NCBI GenBank assembly: GCA_963755715.1
Contig: CAVWLW010000009.1
Span: forward strand, 1-64,000
Source of the DNA: an uncultured delta proteobacterium
GTDB taxonomy: Bacteria; Desulfobacterota; Binatia; UBA9968
Direction of reading: 5' to 3'
Length of the DNA: 64,000 nt
Part shown: positions 1-9,935 of the stretch, one piece after another
Numbering within the stretch: the stretch's first letter is position 1
Layout of the letters: every line of letters starts with the position of its first letter
The notes under the pieces: generated by a model
Told to the model about the DNA's origin: nothing
The model's database searches: none
What the model saw: the letters and a program-made list of their open reading frames with translations, nothing else
Program-made: the position numbers and the translations under genes

Positions 1-2553
1 CCGACATTTCCGATCCGCAGGAACTGATCGCGCGCGCCAAAGCGCTAAGCGTCGAGCTCGAACCACGATCACGCCGGGCTTCGAAGCATTGGTGTTCAAG
101 GCCTCGCGCGGGATCGAGGACATCTATGAACTGACCTATATCCGCAAGGATGGGAGCCGGTTCGGGGCTGTGGTGTCCGTCACGGCGCTGCGCGACGCGC
201 AGGACGCCATCATCGGCTATCTGTTGATCGGCACCGATAACACCGCGCGTCAGCTGGTCGAAGCCGACAAAAAAAGCTCGATCAGCGCCTGCGCGACCAG
301 CAGTTCTACACGCGCTCGCTGATCGAATCCAACATCGACGCGCTGATGACCACCGACCCCTCCGGCATCATCACGGACGTCAACAAGCAGATGGAGGCGC
401 TTACCGGCTGCACGCGCGACGAGCTGATCGGCGCGCCGTTCAAGAGCTACTTCACCGATCCGGAGCGAGCCGAGGCGGCTATTAAGCTGGTGCTGAGCGA
501 AAAGAAGGTCACCAACTACGAGCTCACGGCGTGCGCCAGGGACGGTAAGGAAACTGTGGTGTCCTACAACGCGACCACCTTTTATGACCGGGGCCGCACG
601 CTGCAGGGCGTCTTCGCCGCGGCGCGCGACGTCACGGAGCGCAAACGCTTGGATCAGGTTCTGCAGGAGAAAAATGTCGAGCTGGAGAGCGCCAGGTCCG
701 CGGCGGAAAAAGCCAATCTAGCGAAATCGGATTTCCTCGCGCGCATGAGCCACGAGATCCGGACGCCGATGAACGCCATCATCGGCATGGCGGACGTGCT
801 GTGGGAGACCTCGTTGGCCTCGGAGCAGCGCGAGTACGTCCGCATCTTCAAGAAGGCGGGGAGCCAACTCCTGGACCTGATCGACGACATCCTGGACCTT
901 TCCAAGGTGGAGTCCGGCCATCTGGTGCTCGAGAGCATCGACTTCGATCTCGGCGAGGTCCTCGACAAGACGCTCGAGATGATGGCGATTCGCGCCCACG
1001 AGAAGGGGCTCGAGCTGGCGCTCCGCATTGCTCCGGAGATCCCCACCGCGCTGGTCGGCGATCCGGCCCGGCTGCGGCAGGTGCTCATCAATCTCATTGG
1101 CAACGCCATCAAGTTCACAGAGCAAGGCGAGGTGATCGTTCGGGTCGAGCGTGATCCCGAGGACGCCGCCGCTGGCGCCCTGCGGTTCGCGGTCTGCGAC
1201 ACCGGGATCGGGGTTCCCGAGGAGTCGCGCGAGCTGATCTTTGCTCCCTACTCCCAGGTGGACACCTCCACGACGCGCAAGTTCGGCGGGAGCGGCCTCG
1301 GACTGGCCATCTCGCGGGAGGTCGTCGAGCTGATGCAGGGGCGGATCTGGGCGGAAAGCAGCGTCGGAGCCGGAAGCACGTTCTACTTCACGGCTCGGTT
1401 CGCGGTCGGCGGCAAGCCCCCGCTCAGGGCCCTCTCCGGGCTGATGGATCTCAAGGACGTGAAGACCCTGGTCATCGACGACAACACGACGAACCGGCTG
1501 ATCCTCAGGGAGATGCTCTCGCGCTGGGGCGCCGTGGTGACGGAAGCGGAAGGGGGCGAGGAGGGGCTCTCGGAGCTGCTGCGGGCACAGCAGGCCGCTG
1601 TCCCTTATGCCCTCGTGTTGCTGGACTGCCGCATGCCCGTAGTCGACGGGTTCCAGGTGGCCGAGCAGATTCATCAGCACCCCACCATGGCCGCGACAAC
1701 CATCCTGATGCTCACTTCGGACAACCGCGCCGGGGATTTCGCCCGAAGCCGCGATCTAGGGGTATCGGCGTACCTGGTGAAACCGGTGAAGCGCGCCGAG
1801 CTCCTGGAGGCGATCCAGCAGGCCCGCGCCGGCGCGTCCGCTCTGGTGGAGCCCGCAGCGCCGGGAGGCGTGCTAGAAGACGCGCGAGGGCTGCGGATCC
1901 TTCTGGCCGAGGATTCCCTGGATAATGTGCTGCTGATCCAATCGTACCTGAAACCCAGCGGGTACAGCGTGGACCTGGCCGGCAACGGCGAGGTCGCCCT
2001 GCAAATGTGCATCTCCGGCACGTACGACGTCGTCCTCATGGATGTCCAGATGCCGGTCATGGACGGTTACTCCGCCACACGCAGGATCCGCCAGTGGGAA
2101 GGCGAGAACCGCGCGAGGCCGGTTCCGATCCTGGCCCTGACCGCTCACGCGCTACCGGAGGAGGTCCAAAAGAGCCTCGATGCCGGCTGCACGGCCCACC
2201 TCACCAAACCCATCCGCAAAGCCACGCTCCTGCACGCCATCGAAGAGCACACCATGGGACGCGTCCGCGTCCGGGTAAACTCGAGTCTCGCGGAGCTGAT
2301 TCCCCGCTTCCTGGAGAACCGACGGAGGGACGTCGAGGCGATAGCTGCAGCGCTCAAACGCGCGGATTACGAAAACGTTCGCATCCTGGGGCACAACATG
2401 AAGGGAACCGGCGCCGGCTACGGCTTGAACCGGATTACGGAGATCGGCGCATCCCTGGAGCAGGCGGCCGGACGCCGTGAGCCCGAGGAGATTCGCGCGC
2501 GGGCCGCGGAACTCGCCCGGTACCTCGACGGTCTCCACGTGGAGTACGAATAA
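1..2553 (+). CDS. Hybrid multi-PAS sensor histidine kinase (PAS-HisKA-HATPase-REC-REC-Hpt); 5' truncated, frameshift at ~270
   Basis: H-box FLARMSHEIRTPMNAI, N-box NLIGNAIKFT, G-boxes DTGIG and GGSGLGLAI, two receivers (LLDCRMP, LMDVQMP), Hpt LGHNMKG. ORF 89-322 (PAS) joins 346-2553 across the A-run at 269-275 (KKLDQRLRDQQFYTRSLIESNIDALMTT). Confidence 0.93.
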
Positions 2554-2570
2554 CTGACACTGGAGGGAGT

Positions 2571-3920
2571 ATGCGAGTACGATTCTGGGGCACGCGGGGG
2601 TCGATCGCCGCGCCGGGCCCGGGCACCGTCCGTTTCGGCGGCAACACCTCCTGTGTGGGAGTGACGACGAGCGGGGACGCCTGCTTCATATTTGACTGCG
2701 GGACGGGCGCCCGCCCGCTCGGCGCGGAGCTCATGGCGCACACACCCAAGCCCATCTCGGCAACGATCTTGCTCAGCCATACGCACTGGGATCACATCCA
2801 GGGTTTTCCCTTCTTCGCCCCGCTCTTCGTTCCCGGGAACCAGATCACGGTCTGCGGTCCAGAAGGGAGCGGACATTCTCTGCGCGAAGTCCTCTCCGGC
2901 CAGATGGAGTTCACTTACTTCCCCGTCGAGATCGGCCAGCTTCCGGCCACCATCACCTTCCGAGAACTCGGAGAAGGTACGCACGAGATCGGCGGCGCGC
3001 GGATCGTCGCGCAGTATCTCCATCATCCGGCAATGACGCTGGGCTACCGCGTCGAGGCCGACGACGCGGCTGTTGTATACCTGTGCGACCACGAGCCCTT
3101 CTCCGAAACGCTCTGGCACGACCACCCCGCGTCCAGCCACGCCGAGTCCATCGTGCACGAGGGGGACCGGCGCCATGCGCGATTCATGGCCGGCGCCGGC
3201 CTGGTGATTCACGATGCGCAGTACACTCCGAAGGAGTACCTATCCAAAAAGAATTGGGGGCACAGCACCTACGAGTATGCCGTGGGGCTGGCCGCCGCGG
3301 CGGGGGTGCGTCAACTCGCTCTCACCCACCACGATCCTACCCACGACGACGCTTTCGTCGAGGCGATCGAGAAGCGCGCCCGCGGGTACGCCGAGCAGTT
3401 TGGTTACGCTGTCCGGGTCTGCTGCGCCTATGAGGGCCTCGATCTGGCCGTCGAGCCGCACAGCGTCCGGCAACTAGCCAGCACGCCGCTGGCTCCGCAC
3501 TCGGGTCGGGACGCCCTGCGCGGTAGCCACATCCTGGTCGTGGACGACGACCCAGACCTCCGTATCCTCGTGAACAAGGCTCTGAGCCAGGACGGCCACA
3601 TCGTAAGCGAAGCTGCCAGCGGCCAGGAGGCACTCGCGTTGATTGACGCGCAGGCACCCGATCTTCTCGTGCTGGACCTGCTGATGCCGGAACAGGGGGG
3701 CCTGGAGGTGCTCAAGGTGCTTCGTTCCAGGCCAGCGACGGCGGCACTGCCAGTCCTCTTGTTGACGGCCCTGGATGACGAGGTCAATACTCGTGCCGGC
3801 TTCGATCTCGGAGCAACCGACTACCTGACCAAGCCCTTCTCGAACCCGCAGCTCGCGGCGCGCGTGCGTGCCTGCCTCGCGCGCACCGGCGGCGGAAAGG
3901 GTGTCCTCAGCCCCCGCTGA
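2571..3920 (+). CDS. MBL-fold metallo-hydrolase fused to a C-terminal receiver domain
   Basis: FWGTRGS/GGNTSC N-terminus, SHTHWDH, HDAQY, WGHS, THHDP; C-terminal REC (VVDDD, VLDLLMP, DYLTKPF); RBS GGAGGGAG. Confidence 0.92.
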   Translation: MRVRFWGTRGSIAAPGPGTVRFGGNTSCVGVTTSGDACFIFDCGTGARPLGAELMAHTPKPISATILLSHTHWDHIQGFPFFAPLFVPGNQITVCGPEGSGHSLREVLSGQMEFTYFPVEIGQLPATITFRELGEGTHEIGGARIVAQYLHHPAMTLGYRVEADDAAVVYLCDHEPFSETLWHDHPASSHAESIVHEGDRRHARFMAGAGLVIHDAQYTPKEYLSKKNWGHSTYEYAVGLAAAAGVRQLALTHHDPTHDDAFVEAIEKRARGYAEQFGYAVRVCCAYEGLDLAVEPHSVRQLASTPLAPHSGRDALRGSHILVVDDDPDLRILVNKALSQDGHIVSEAASGQEALALIDAQAPDLLVLDLLMPEQGGLEVLKVLRSRPATAALPVLLLTALDDEVNTRAGFDLGATDYLTKPFSNPQLAARVRACLARTGGGKGVLSPR

Positions 3921-4135
3921 CCGCCTGTGATACGGCTCCGATGGACGAGTTTGTTGGAGGCGCTTCCTCCTATGGGAAAAGTAATGTCACGGACGAGTTT
4001 CGCGTTGACAGCTTGATGACGCTACCGTGCTACACCGCGGGCTGATATCTGGATATACCGCTCCGCGGGCAGCGTTTGTCGGGTGAAACGATTGAATTGA
4101 TTTCTCCATCAACTCAATTCTAGATTCTGAAGCGC

Positions 4136-4174
4136 TGGAGCGCCACGGTCCGTGCTGCCCGGCCCTCTCCTGGA
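4136..4174 (-). repeat. tRNA-Gly-like 3'-half element, copy 1
   Basis: Minus strand TCCAGGAGAGGGCCGGGCAGCACGGACCGTGGCGCTCCA; ends in GCTCCA and overlaps a CCTGG-AGTCCAT-CCAGG stem-loop with central TCC. Confidence 0.6.
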
Positions 4175-4384
4175 TGGACTCCAGGTGCACCAGCATCTAG
4201 TTTTCTACCTTAGCGACGTCGCTTCATTCCTGCACATCGGCGTCCCGCCCACGTTCGTCTCTGTTACGACGCTCTAATATTTCGTCAAGCCGAGTTGTTT
4301 TAATCGGAATATTCGGAATTGTGTCCCCTTCTAAGGCAAGTCCGTGAACGGCACACTATTGGCTTACGTTCAAAAGGCGTAATT

Positions 4385-4768
4385 ATGCTGGCGGAGGAGG
4401 GACCTTCTTTGAACGTCGAGGTTAGTCTCATTACCCTGAAGCTTAAAGAACGCATCGTCGCATACCTTGAAAACCAATATCGCAAGACGGGCACTAACGA
4501 TGCGGTTTCTTGGAGGGGGATTTGGATCGAATCTGGGGCGACTGAGGAAGAGTTCCGTAAAGCCCTGAACGCTGCGGCAGAAACGGGGATAGTGTTCACT
4601 GATTCCGATCACATCAGACTAAGATTCAGCGCAAGACTAAAGAATAAGCTCCTACCAACAAATGCAGAGTTTTCAAACACCACCACTTCTGAACAGGTCT
4701 ATCGCCGTGCCGGTATGTTTATCCGTTTGCTCCTCCAGTTCGGAAAGAAACAACACGTCAGCAGCTGA
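4385..4768 (+). CDS. Hypothetical protein, possibly winged-helix-like
   Basis: AT-richer ORF between the two tRNA-like repeats; GG-N10-GC motif at 4350-4363 upstream; no recognised family. Confidence 0.5.
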   Translation: MLAEEGPSLNVEVSLITLKLKERIVAYLENQYRKTGTNDAVSWRGIWIESGATEEEFRKALNAAAETGIVFTDSDHIRLRFSARLKNKLLPTNAEFSNTTTSEQVYRRAGMFIRLLLQFGKKQHVSS

Positions 4769-4792
4769 TTCTTTAGCTATAGTCAACCCGAT

Positions 4793-4831
4793 TGGAGCGC
4801 CACGGTCGGATTCACACCGCCCTCTCCTGGA
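4793..4831 (-). repeat. tRNA-Gly-like 3'-half element, copy 2
   Basis: Minus strand TCCAGGAGAGGGCGGTGTGAATCCGACCGTGGCGCTCCA; 31/39 identical to copy 1 by manual alignment. Confidence 0.6.
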
Positions 4832-5250
4832 GTCTGACCTGGTAGACAGGCAAATTGAATGGCAGCAGGCGAATTCTGGCTTTGATTTATATGAGCCCAA
4901 TAGCGGGGCGACTCAGCTGAATATCAGTGTGAGTTATTTCAATTATAGCGTCAAACACGACCCGTCAGCGCCGGTGAGAATAGGGCGCGGGATGATCGCC
5001 TGCAATACGCCGGCGCTACAGCAGTGGTGGGATGCTAAGAACCATCACCGCGTCACAGATAAACGATGAAAGTCTCAAGAAAACACTAGTACTGTCGTTG
5101 GATGATCTGAGTTCGATTCGGACCTCTGATATTCAATCAGCGTGCATTCTCAGTTCGATGTCCGCTCGCCCTCTCATAAGGCCCCGCCGTGGGCTGTCTG
5201 CTCCAGCGGTTTGTTAGGCGTTTTGGCACTTCCTGTGAACCATCTCCTTC

Positions 5251-5541
5251 CTATGTTGACTTGTGCGCTACAACCTCACCCGCTGTGACCTGTGGCGGAT
5301 TTGGGAGCAATGAACCTCGACTCTCCCGTATCCACTCGGCAGCTCTTCGGTTCGATTCTTCAGAAGCCGCTTTATCTTGAAAAACACCGGTGGAAATCAG
5401 GACACCGCCGCCAGCATCAACCAAGTAGTACGCGACGAACCCTGGGATCTCAGAAATGAGAGGCAAAAAAGTTTCTCTTACCTGGCGTCCGACCTCACTA
5501 GGATTCGTCACGCCCTCGTACCGTCGCACTGTCGCATACAT
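5251..5541 (-). CDS. Antibiotic biosynthesis monooxygenase-like (dimeric alpha+beta barrel) protein
   Basis: MYATVRRY...LPLISEIPGFVAYYLVD...GEV pattern; RBS AAGGAGG. Confidence 0.8.
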   Translation of the reverse strand: MYATVRRYEGVTNPSEVGRQVRETFLPLISEIPGFVAYYLVDAGGGVLISTGVFQDKAASEESNRRAAEWIRESRGSLLPNPPQVTAGEVVAHKST

Positions 5542-5702
5542 AGCTTCCTCCTTTCACAGCACTTGCTATATGTCACCTAACGAATCTACAAAACTCGTTT
5601 TCTGCGTATGTTTCCGTCTCTCTTAAAAGCCCTGACCAGCTCTTGCGGATATTAATATCGGCAAAGGCCGCCTGCAATACGGGGGCTGATCCTGGCGCGG
5701 TG

Positions 5703-5792
5703 CATCCAGCGCCATCACCCTCCAGGTCAGAAATATGACGAACCCTCTGCGCCAGTTCAGACATACCGGCGCTTAGCAACTCTTCTCGTTTG
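5703..5792 (-). pseudogene. Fragment resembling DUF3883/NOV-C nuclease-like domain
   Basis: Translates KREELLSAGMSELAQRVRHISDLEGDGAG, matching the recalled family motif ...LAxRVxHVSxxEGDGAGYD; both ends missing. Confidence 0.5.
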
Positions 5793-5939
5793 ATCCGCGG
5801 GGCCGGGCAGCACTTGCGTTGTGTGGGCTTGGAATTCGCCTTCGTTCAGCGGATTACCTTCGATGCTGTAAAACTCGCCGGCGTAGTCGCCAATCTGACG
5901 GTTGAATTTCATATGCGGCACCCGCAGTTTGGGCTTGCC
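5793..5939 (-). pseudogene. C-terminal fragment resembling benzoyl-CoA 2,3-epoxidase subunit BoxB
   Basis: Translates KPKLRVPHMKFNRQIGDYAGEFYSIEGNPLNEGEFQAHTTQVLPGPAD, similar from memory to the BoxB tail (LxLPxxxFxRxIG...LPxxAD). Confidence 0.5.
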
Positions 5940-6020
5940 TGCGGTTCGAGTGACAGGGGACGAGTGACAAGTGGCAAGCCGATAACAGCTCTTCCTCGAC
6001 CCTCGCCACTCTTTTCTTCG

Positions 6021-9000
6021 TCATTTCCTTTCCAGCTCCGGGACATTCGGCGTGAAAAGCCGTATGGCCTCAAGCGGCAAGCCGAGGATCCTTACGGGGA
6101 TGCGCAAAAGTTCGGCGCCGACATCTGCCGGAGATAGATACGTAACATCGGGATGTTCAAGAGAGCCGGTCATGCGAATCGGAATGCCGACTATGCCGAC
6201 TATCGAACCAGCGAGAAACGAGCCAACGACGGGTATGCGTCTAATGATACGGTCTCCGGGCAGCAACACGGAGACCAGACCTCTCGCATCGATTTGCTTG
6301 TGCTCAAAATCAATCCTGCCGGTGCCGGCGATGGTATATAGTGAAGACAGGAGGGTCACTTCATCATTGACCAGGCTCGTGCCTTGCACCGTTCCCCGGC
6401 TGCTGATCAGCCGGAACGGAAACGATTCTTTGTCGAGATCGGGGAAAACCACGCTAAAATCTCCGGTGTTATTCAAGTAGTTGAAGGCGGCTTCCAGAGG
6501 GGTATCCACGGTGGGAGACTGTAGGATCTCGCCATCTCGAGCGCTGAAATCGAAGTCGCCGCGGAGGGTCTGCGCTATCTTTTCTGGTGTTCCGCGACCG
6601 CTGAGCCGACCCGTCAAGGAATAGTTACCTTTGATGGCTTGTTTGTTGTCGGACAGACAGCTGCTGGTCGATTCTAACTGACCGCCCGTCACAGAGAACG
6701 AGACATCGAGACCGATTTCTCCAGATGCGACGTCGACGTTGCCGACTGTAGCGATACCACAAACGTCAGCGTGTTTTATCTGTACGTTTACCGTGTTCTG
6801 GGACAGAGAAGCCACGGCTTGGAATGGGCTCGAGCTAAATCCAGCAAGCGTGAAACGATCCGCCTTGAGGCGGACCGTGCCCTCCAGGGGTGGCAGCGCT
6901 CTTCCCAGGACACTATTGTCTCCACCCTTGCTGCCACGGTTAACCAGTTGGTCGAATTCCTCCCAAACAACCCGGTCAGCGGAGACATCCATGTCGAGCC
7001 GCAGCGCCTTCGGTTCCGCGAGCAACTTCCCCATGAACGACAGACGGCTGTCTCGCCATCGGAGGTTTGCGGATCGAAGGTTGAGTCCGTTAGGGTCGGC
7101 TTCCAGGAAAAAAAACTCGACGATCGCGTGCTCATCCTTCAATGGCACCCGGAGCTCTTTGCCCGCCAATCGTCCACTGGCCGTGAATCGGTGGGGTTCC
7201 TCGAGAAAAGCGCTGACCTCAATGTCGCCCTGAATCAGGCTCGCCTCGAGCGGCGGTGCTTGGAAAATTTGGTTTAGCGTTTTTTGTTCGAGCGCGCCGT
7301 TGAAAGAAAGAGCAAATTTATCTCTCTCGAGATCAAACGTCATACGAGCACGCTGCTCGCCGTCCGCGATAAGGATCTCCTTGACCTCGACGGTTTGCGG
7401 CGCCCGCACCAAATCCAGAGAAAGTCGGGGACCGCCAGCGACAGTGAGGTCCCCTTGAAAAGCAACATCGCCACCCTCTTTCCAAAGGACGCGGCCCTTG
7501 GTCACCTGCAGAGGAGAACGGAGCATAAGCTCCTTAGGTAATTCGATTTGCCGGCTGAGCCATCCTGCCACCTGACCGCCGATGGCCCCTGTTGCGGTCG
7601 CGTCCAGACTCAGCGGCGCTTCGTTGAAGCCTTGTAGAAATCCTTCAACGGTCACCGAAGCGTCCAGCAGATTAACCTTGGCATCGGAAACCGTTAATTT
7701 TGCCGGTGTCGCACTCAAACTTCCGCCGGACACATTCATCACTCCGGGGAGGTTGGCATGCTTCACAGCGATCCCGCTAACGCTGCCGGTACTGCTAAAA
7801 TCCCATTGACTCGGCTGGTCGAGCGGACCTTTAAGGGACAGCGCAATCAAATCGAGCCTGCCCTGAGTAAAATCGACATCTCTAAGCCCTTTCGGGAGCA
7901 CTGCAAAACGATTCAACAAATTGCTAGTCTGCGCTACGTCGAGGGAAAACGTCCCAGACTCGACCTCGATCTGGCGTGCGCCGCTGTAGCTCAGAGAGCC
8001 AGTGACCTCGGAGAATGAGGAAAGGCCGACCGTTCCACTCACGCTATCCAACGCAATCTTGCCGTCGCCGTACTGGAAACGGCCTTCTTTGACTGAGATG
8101 GGGTATGGGATCGGATCATAAGAGCCGCTAATGGCCGCCTTCAAGATGGAAACCTTTGGCAAAATGGAATCAATTCTTTCACCGAGTATGAGTCTTCCCG
8201 ACAGATTCCCCTTCACGTCGCGGAGTTTCGAGACCTCCTTGCGAAAATCTTCGTTTTCCACGACACGGAGAAGCAAGGACCGCAGCTCGGTCGCATCGGC
8301 CTGCACCATCAGATCGAGATGAAAAGGAGCGCTCTTGCCTTCGAGTCCCACTCGAACCACGCCGTCCCTTCCCTGGATTTTGCCGAGTCGCGCCGAGAAC
8401 TGATTAGCCTCGAGCACTCCCCGGGACACAACGAAGGGCCCGCTCACCTCTTCCAGATTACTACCTGTGGCGAAACCTAAGATATTCCCATCACGGAGGG
8501 TCCCGGTTACCGCCATGTTGTTCGTCTTCCACAATTCGTCGAACGACCGCCCGGCGGTCTGGAAGCTGATTTCCGGTATCTTTCCACCTTTGACATGACG
8601 GAATATGTACTCCACGACTTCGATATCACCGGCGATCTTTAGCGCCCAGTCACGGACTTGAGAAACATCGAGCTCCTTCCCTGCCAACTTCAACCGTGAT
8701 GACGAGGCCGGATCAAGCGTCAATTCTCCGTTGGCAGCCAAGCGCGGCGAGGCGACATCAAGGCGGTCAATGATAGCGTTGACGATTCCCTCGTCACGGC
8801 TGATGGCGGCCTTGAAGCTGCTTCCTTCAACAACCGTCTTTCGGTTTCCCCGCACCAGTCCTAGTGACGGCAACGTGCCGTTGATTTCAGTCTTAATCTT
8901 CTTGAGTCCCGTGGAAGTGAGCCCCACCTCCAAACTTAGGTCGCCGGACTCGACGTATTCTGGCGGACCGGGCCAGAGCGCAGCAATCGATTCTCGAAGG

Positions 9001-9662
9001 TTGAGACGCTCAATTTTCATGCGTCCTTGCGTCGCGAGGGTAGCTGCAGCGATGTTCCCCTCGATATGCAACGACTCGAAGACGTTGGCGCGGGAACTGA
9101 TCTGAAAGTCCAAGTCATCAGGCAGCGCCTTAAGCCGACCGTCGAAGTCGGTCAAAATTACCGGCGGCCGATTGCCGATCTTGATCTCCGCTGAACCGCC
9201 TCTGACGGTCACGGCTATGCCGGGAATTTCCGTCCCCAATGTCGTTATTATGGAGCGAATCTTGCTCTCGATCTCGTCAATGTTGAAAGCTCCTTCGGCC
9301 GGCTCGGGCAGCCGCACCGCGACCGCGGGGCTCACCGCCTCCACCCGCGAAATGTCCAAGCGCCCCGAGAGTAGACCCCATATCGACGGGTAGACTTCAA
9401 TGGACTCGATCTTCCCACTGACCTCATCGGCGACAGAGAGCGACGCACCGTGTACCACCACAGTCGGCCGGGGAAGCCACACGAGATCGATTTTTTCGAA
9501 GGCCACGTTTTCGTTTGTTTTGGCTAACAGGAAGGCGCGGATTTTCTCTTTTACGGGTTGGCTATCGAGAATACGGGGGAGAATCAAAGCGATGGCAAAG
9601 AACAGAATAACGCAAAGCCCGCTCAGGCCACCGAGCCATTTGATGATGCGCCGCTTCGTCAC
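6021..9662 (-). CDS. AsmA-like/YhdP family bridge-like lipid transfer protein
   Basis: 1213 aa, N-terminal TM anchor, beta-rich body, AsmA_2-type C-terminus (GTGRIDF...IPVVGSFLAG...MTGSLEHPDV). Confidence 0.85.
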   Translation of the reverse strand: MTKRRIIKWLGGLSGLCVILFFAIALILPRILDSQPVKEKIRAFLLAKTNENVAFEKIDLVWLPRPTVVVHGASLSVADEVSGKIESIEVYPSIWGLLSGRLDISRVEAVSPAVAVRLPEPAEGAFNIDEIESKIRSIITTLGTEIPGIAVTVRGGSAEIKIGNRPPVILTDFDGRLKALPDDLDFQISSRANVFESLHIEGNIAAATLATQGRMKIERLNLRESIAALWPGPPEYVESGDLSLEVGLTSTGLKKIKTEINGTLPSLGLVRGNRKTVVEGSSFKAAISRDEGIVNAIIDRLDVASPRLAANGELTLDPASSSRLKLAGKELDVSQVRDWALKIAGDIEVVEYIFRHVKGGKIPEISFQTAGRSFDELWKTNNMAVTGTLRDGNILGFATGSNLEEVSGPFVVSRGVLEANQFSARLGKIQGRDGVVRVGLEGKSAPFHLDLMVQADATELRSLLLRVVENEDFRKEVSKLRDVKGNLSGRLILGERIDSILPKVSILKAAISGSYDPIPYPISVKEGRFQYGDGKIALDSVSGTVGLSSFSEVTGSLSYSGARQIEVESGTFSLDVAQTSNLLNRFAVLPKGLRDVDFTQGRLDLIALSLKGPLDQPSQWDFSSTGSVSGIAVKHANLPGVMNVSGGSLSATPAKLTVSDAKVNLLDASVTVEGFLQGFNEAPLSLDATATGAIGGQVAGWLSRQIELPKELMLRSPLQVTKGRVLWKEGGDVAFQGDLTVAGGPRLSLDLVRAPQTVEVKEILIADGEQRARMTFDLERDKFALSFNGALEQKTLNQIFQAPPLEASLIQGDIEVSAFLEEPHRFTASGRLAGKELRVPLKDEHAIVEFFFLEADPNGLNLRSANLRWRDSRLSFMGKLLAEPKALRLDMDVSADRVVWEEFDQLVNRGSKGGDNSVLGRALPPLEGTVRLKADRFTLAGFSSSPFQAVASLSQNTVNVQIKHADVCGIATVGNVDVASGEIGLDVSFSVTGGQLESTSSCLSDNKQAIKGNYSLTGRLSGRGTPEKIAQTLRGDFDFSARDGEILQSPTVDTPLEAAFNYLNNTGDFSVVFPDLDKESFPFRLISSRGTVQGTSLVNDEVTLLSSLYTIAGTGRIDFEHKQIDARGLVSVLLPGDRIIRRIPVVGSFLAGSIVGIVGIPIRMTGSLEHPDVTYLSPADVGAELLRIPVRILGLPLEAIRLFTPNVPELERK

Positions 9663-9935
9663 CTATTCGTCCAATTGCCGCGATACCAAGGTATTGGACT
9701 TTGGTCCAATAAAGGGTCAGCCGATGACATGTTCTATATACTGAGCCAAAATTTTGCAAAAGTCCGGAAAGCGCTGTGCCAGTTTTGTGCTAGCTCAATC
9801 CGCAAACACGAGCAAGCACCAGCAGAGAAGAGGGGAGAGAGGCGCTGATTTTCTGTTGGTTTTGCCGCGCTTCTTAACAGGCTCGTTGCAATAATTCCGC
9901 GAGGAATTGAAGGCGACAAGTCCCCAGTTGCATCC

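Noticed and set aside
654-3787. Long antisense ORFs over the kinase and MBL genes, and similar ones elsewhere
   Set aside because: Shadow ORFs expected in GC-rich coding DNA; no motifs.
4136-4215. A functional tRNA-Gly(TCC) gene
   Set aside because: No 5' acceptor strand at the right distance, no D-arm and no TTC in the T-loop; kept only as a tRNA-like fragment.
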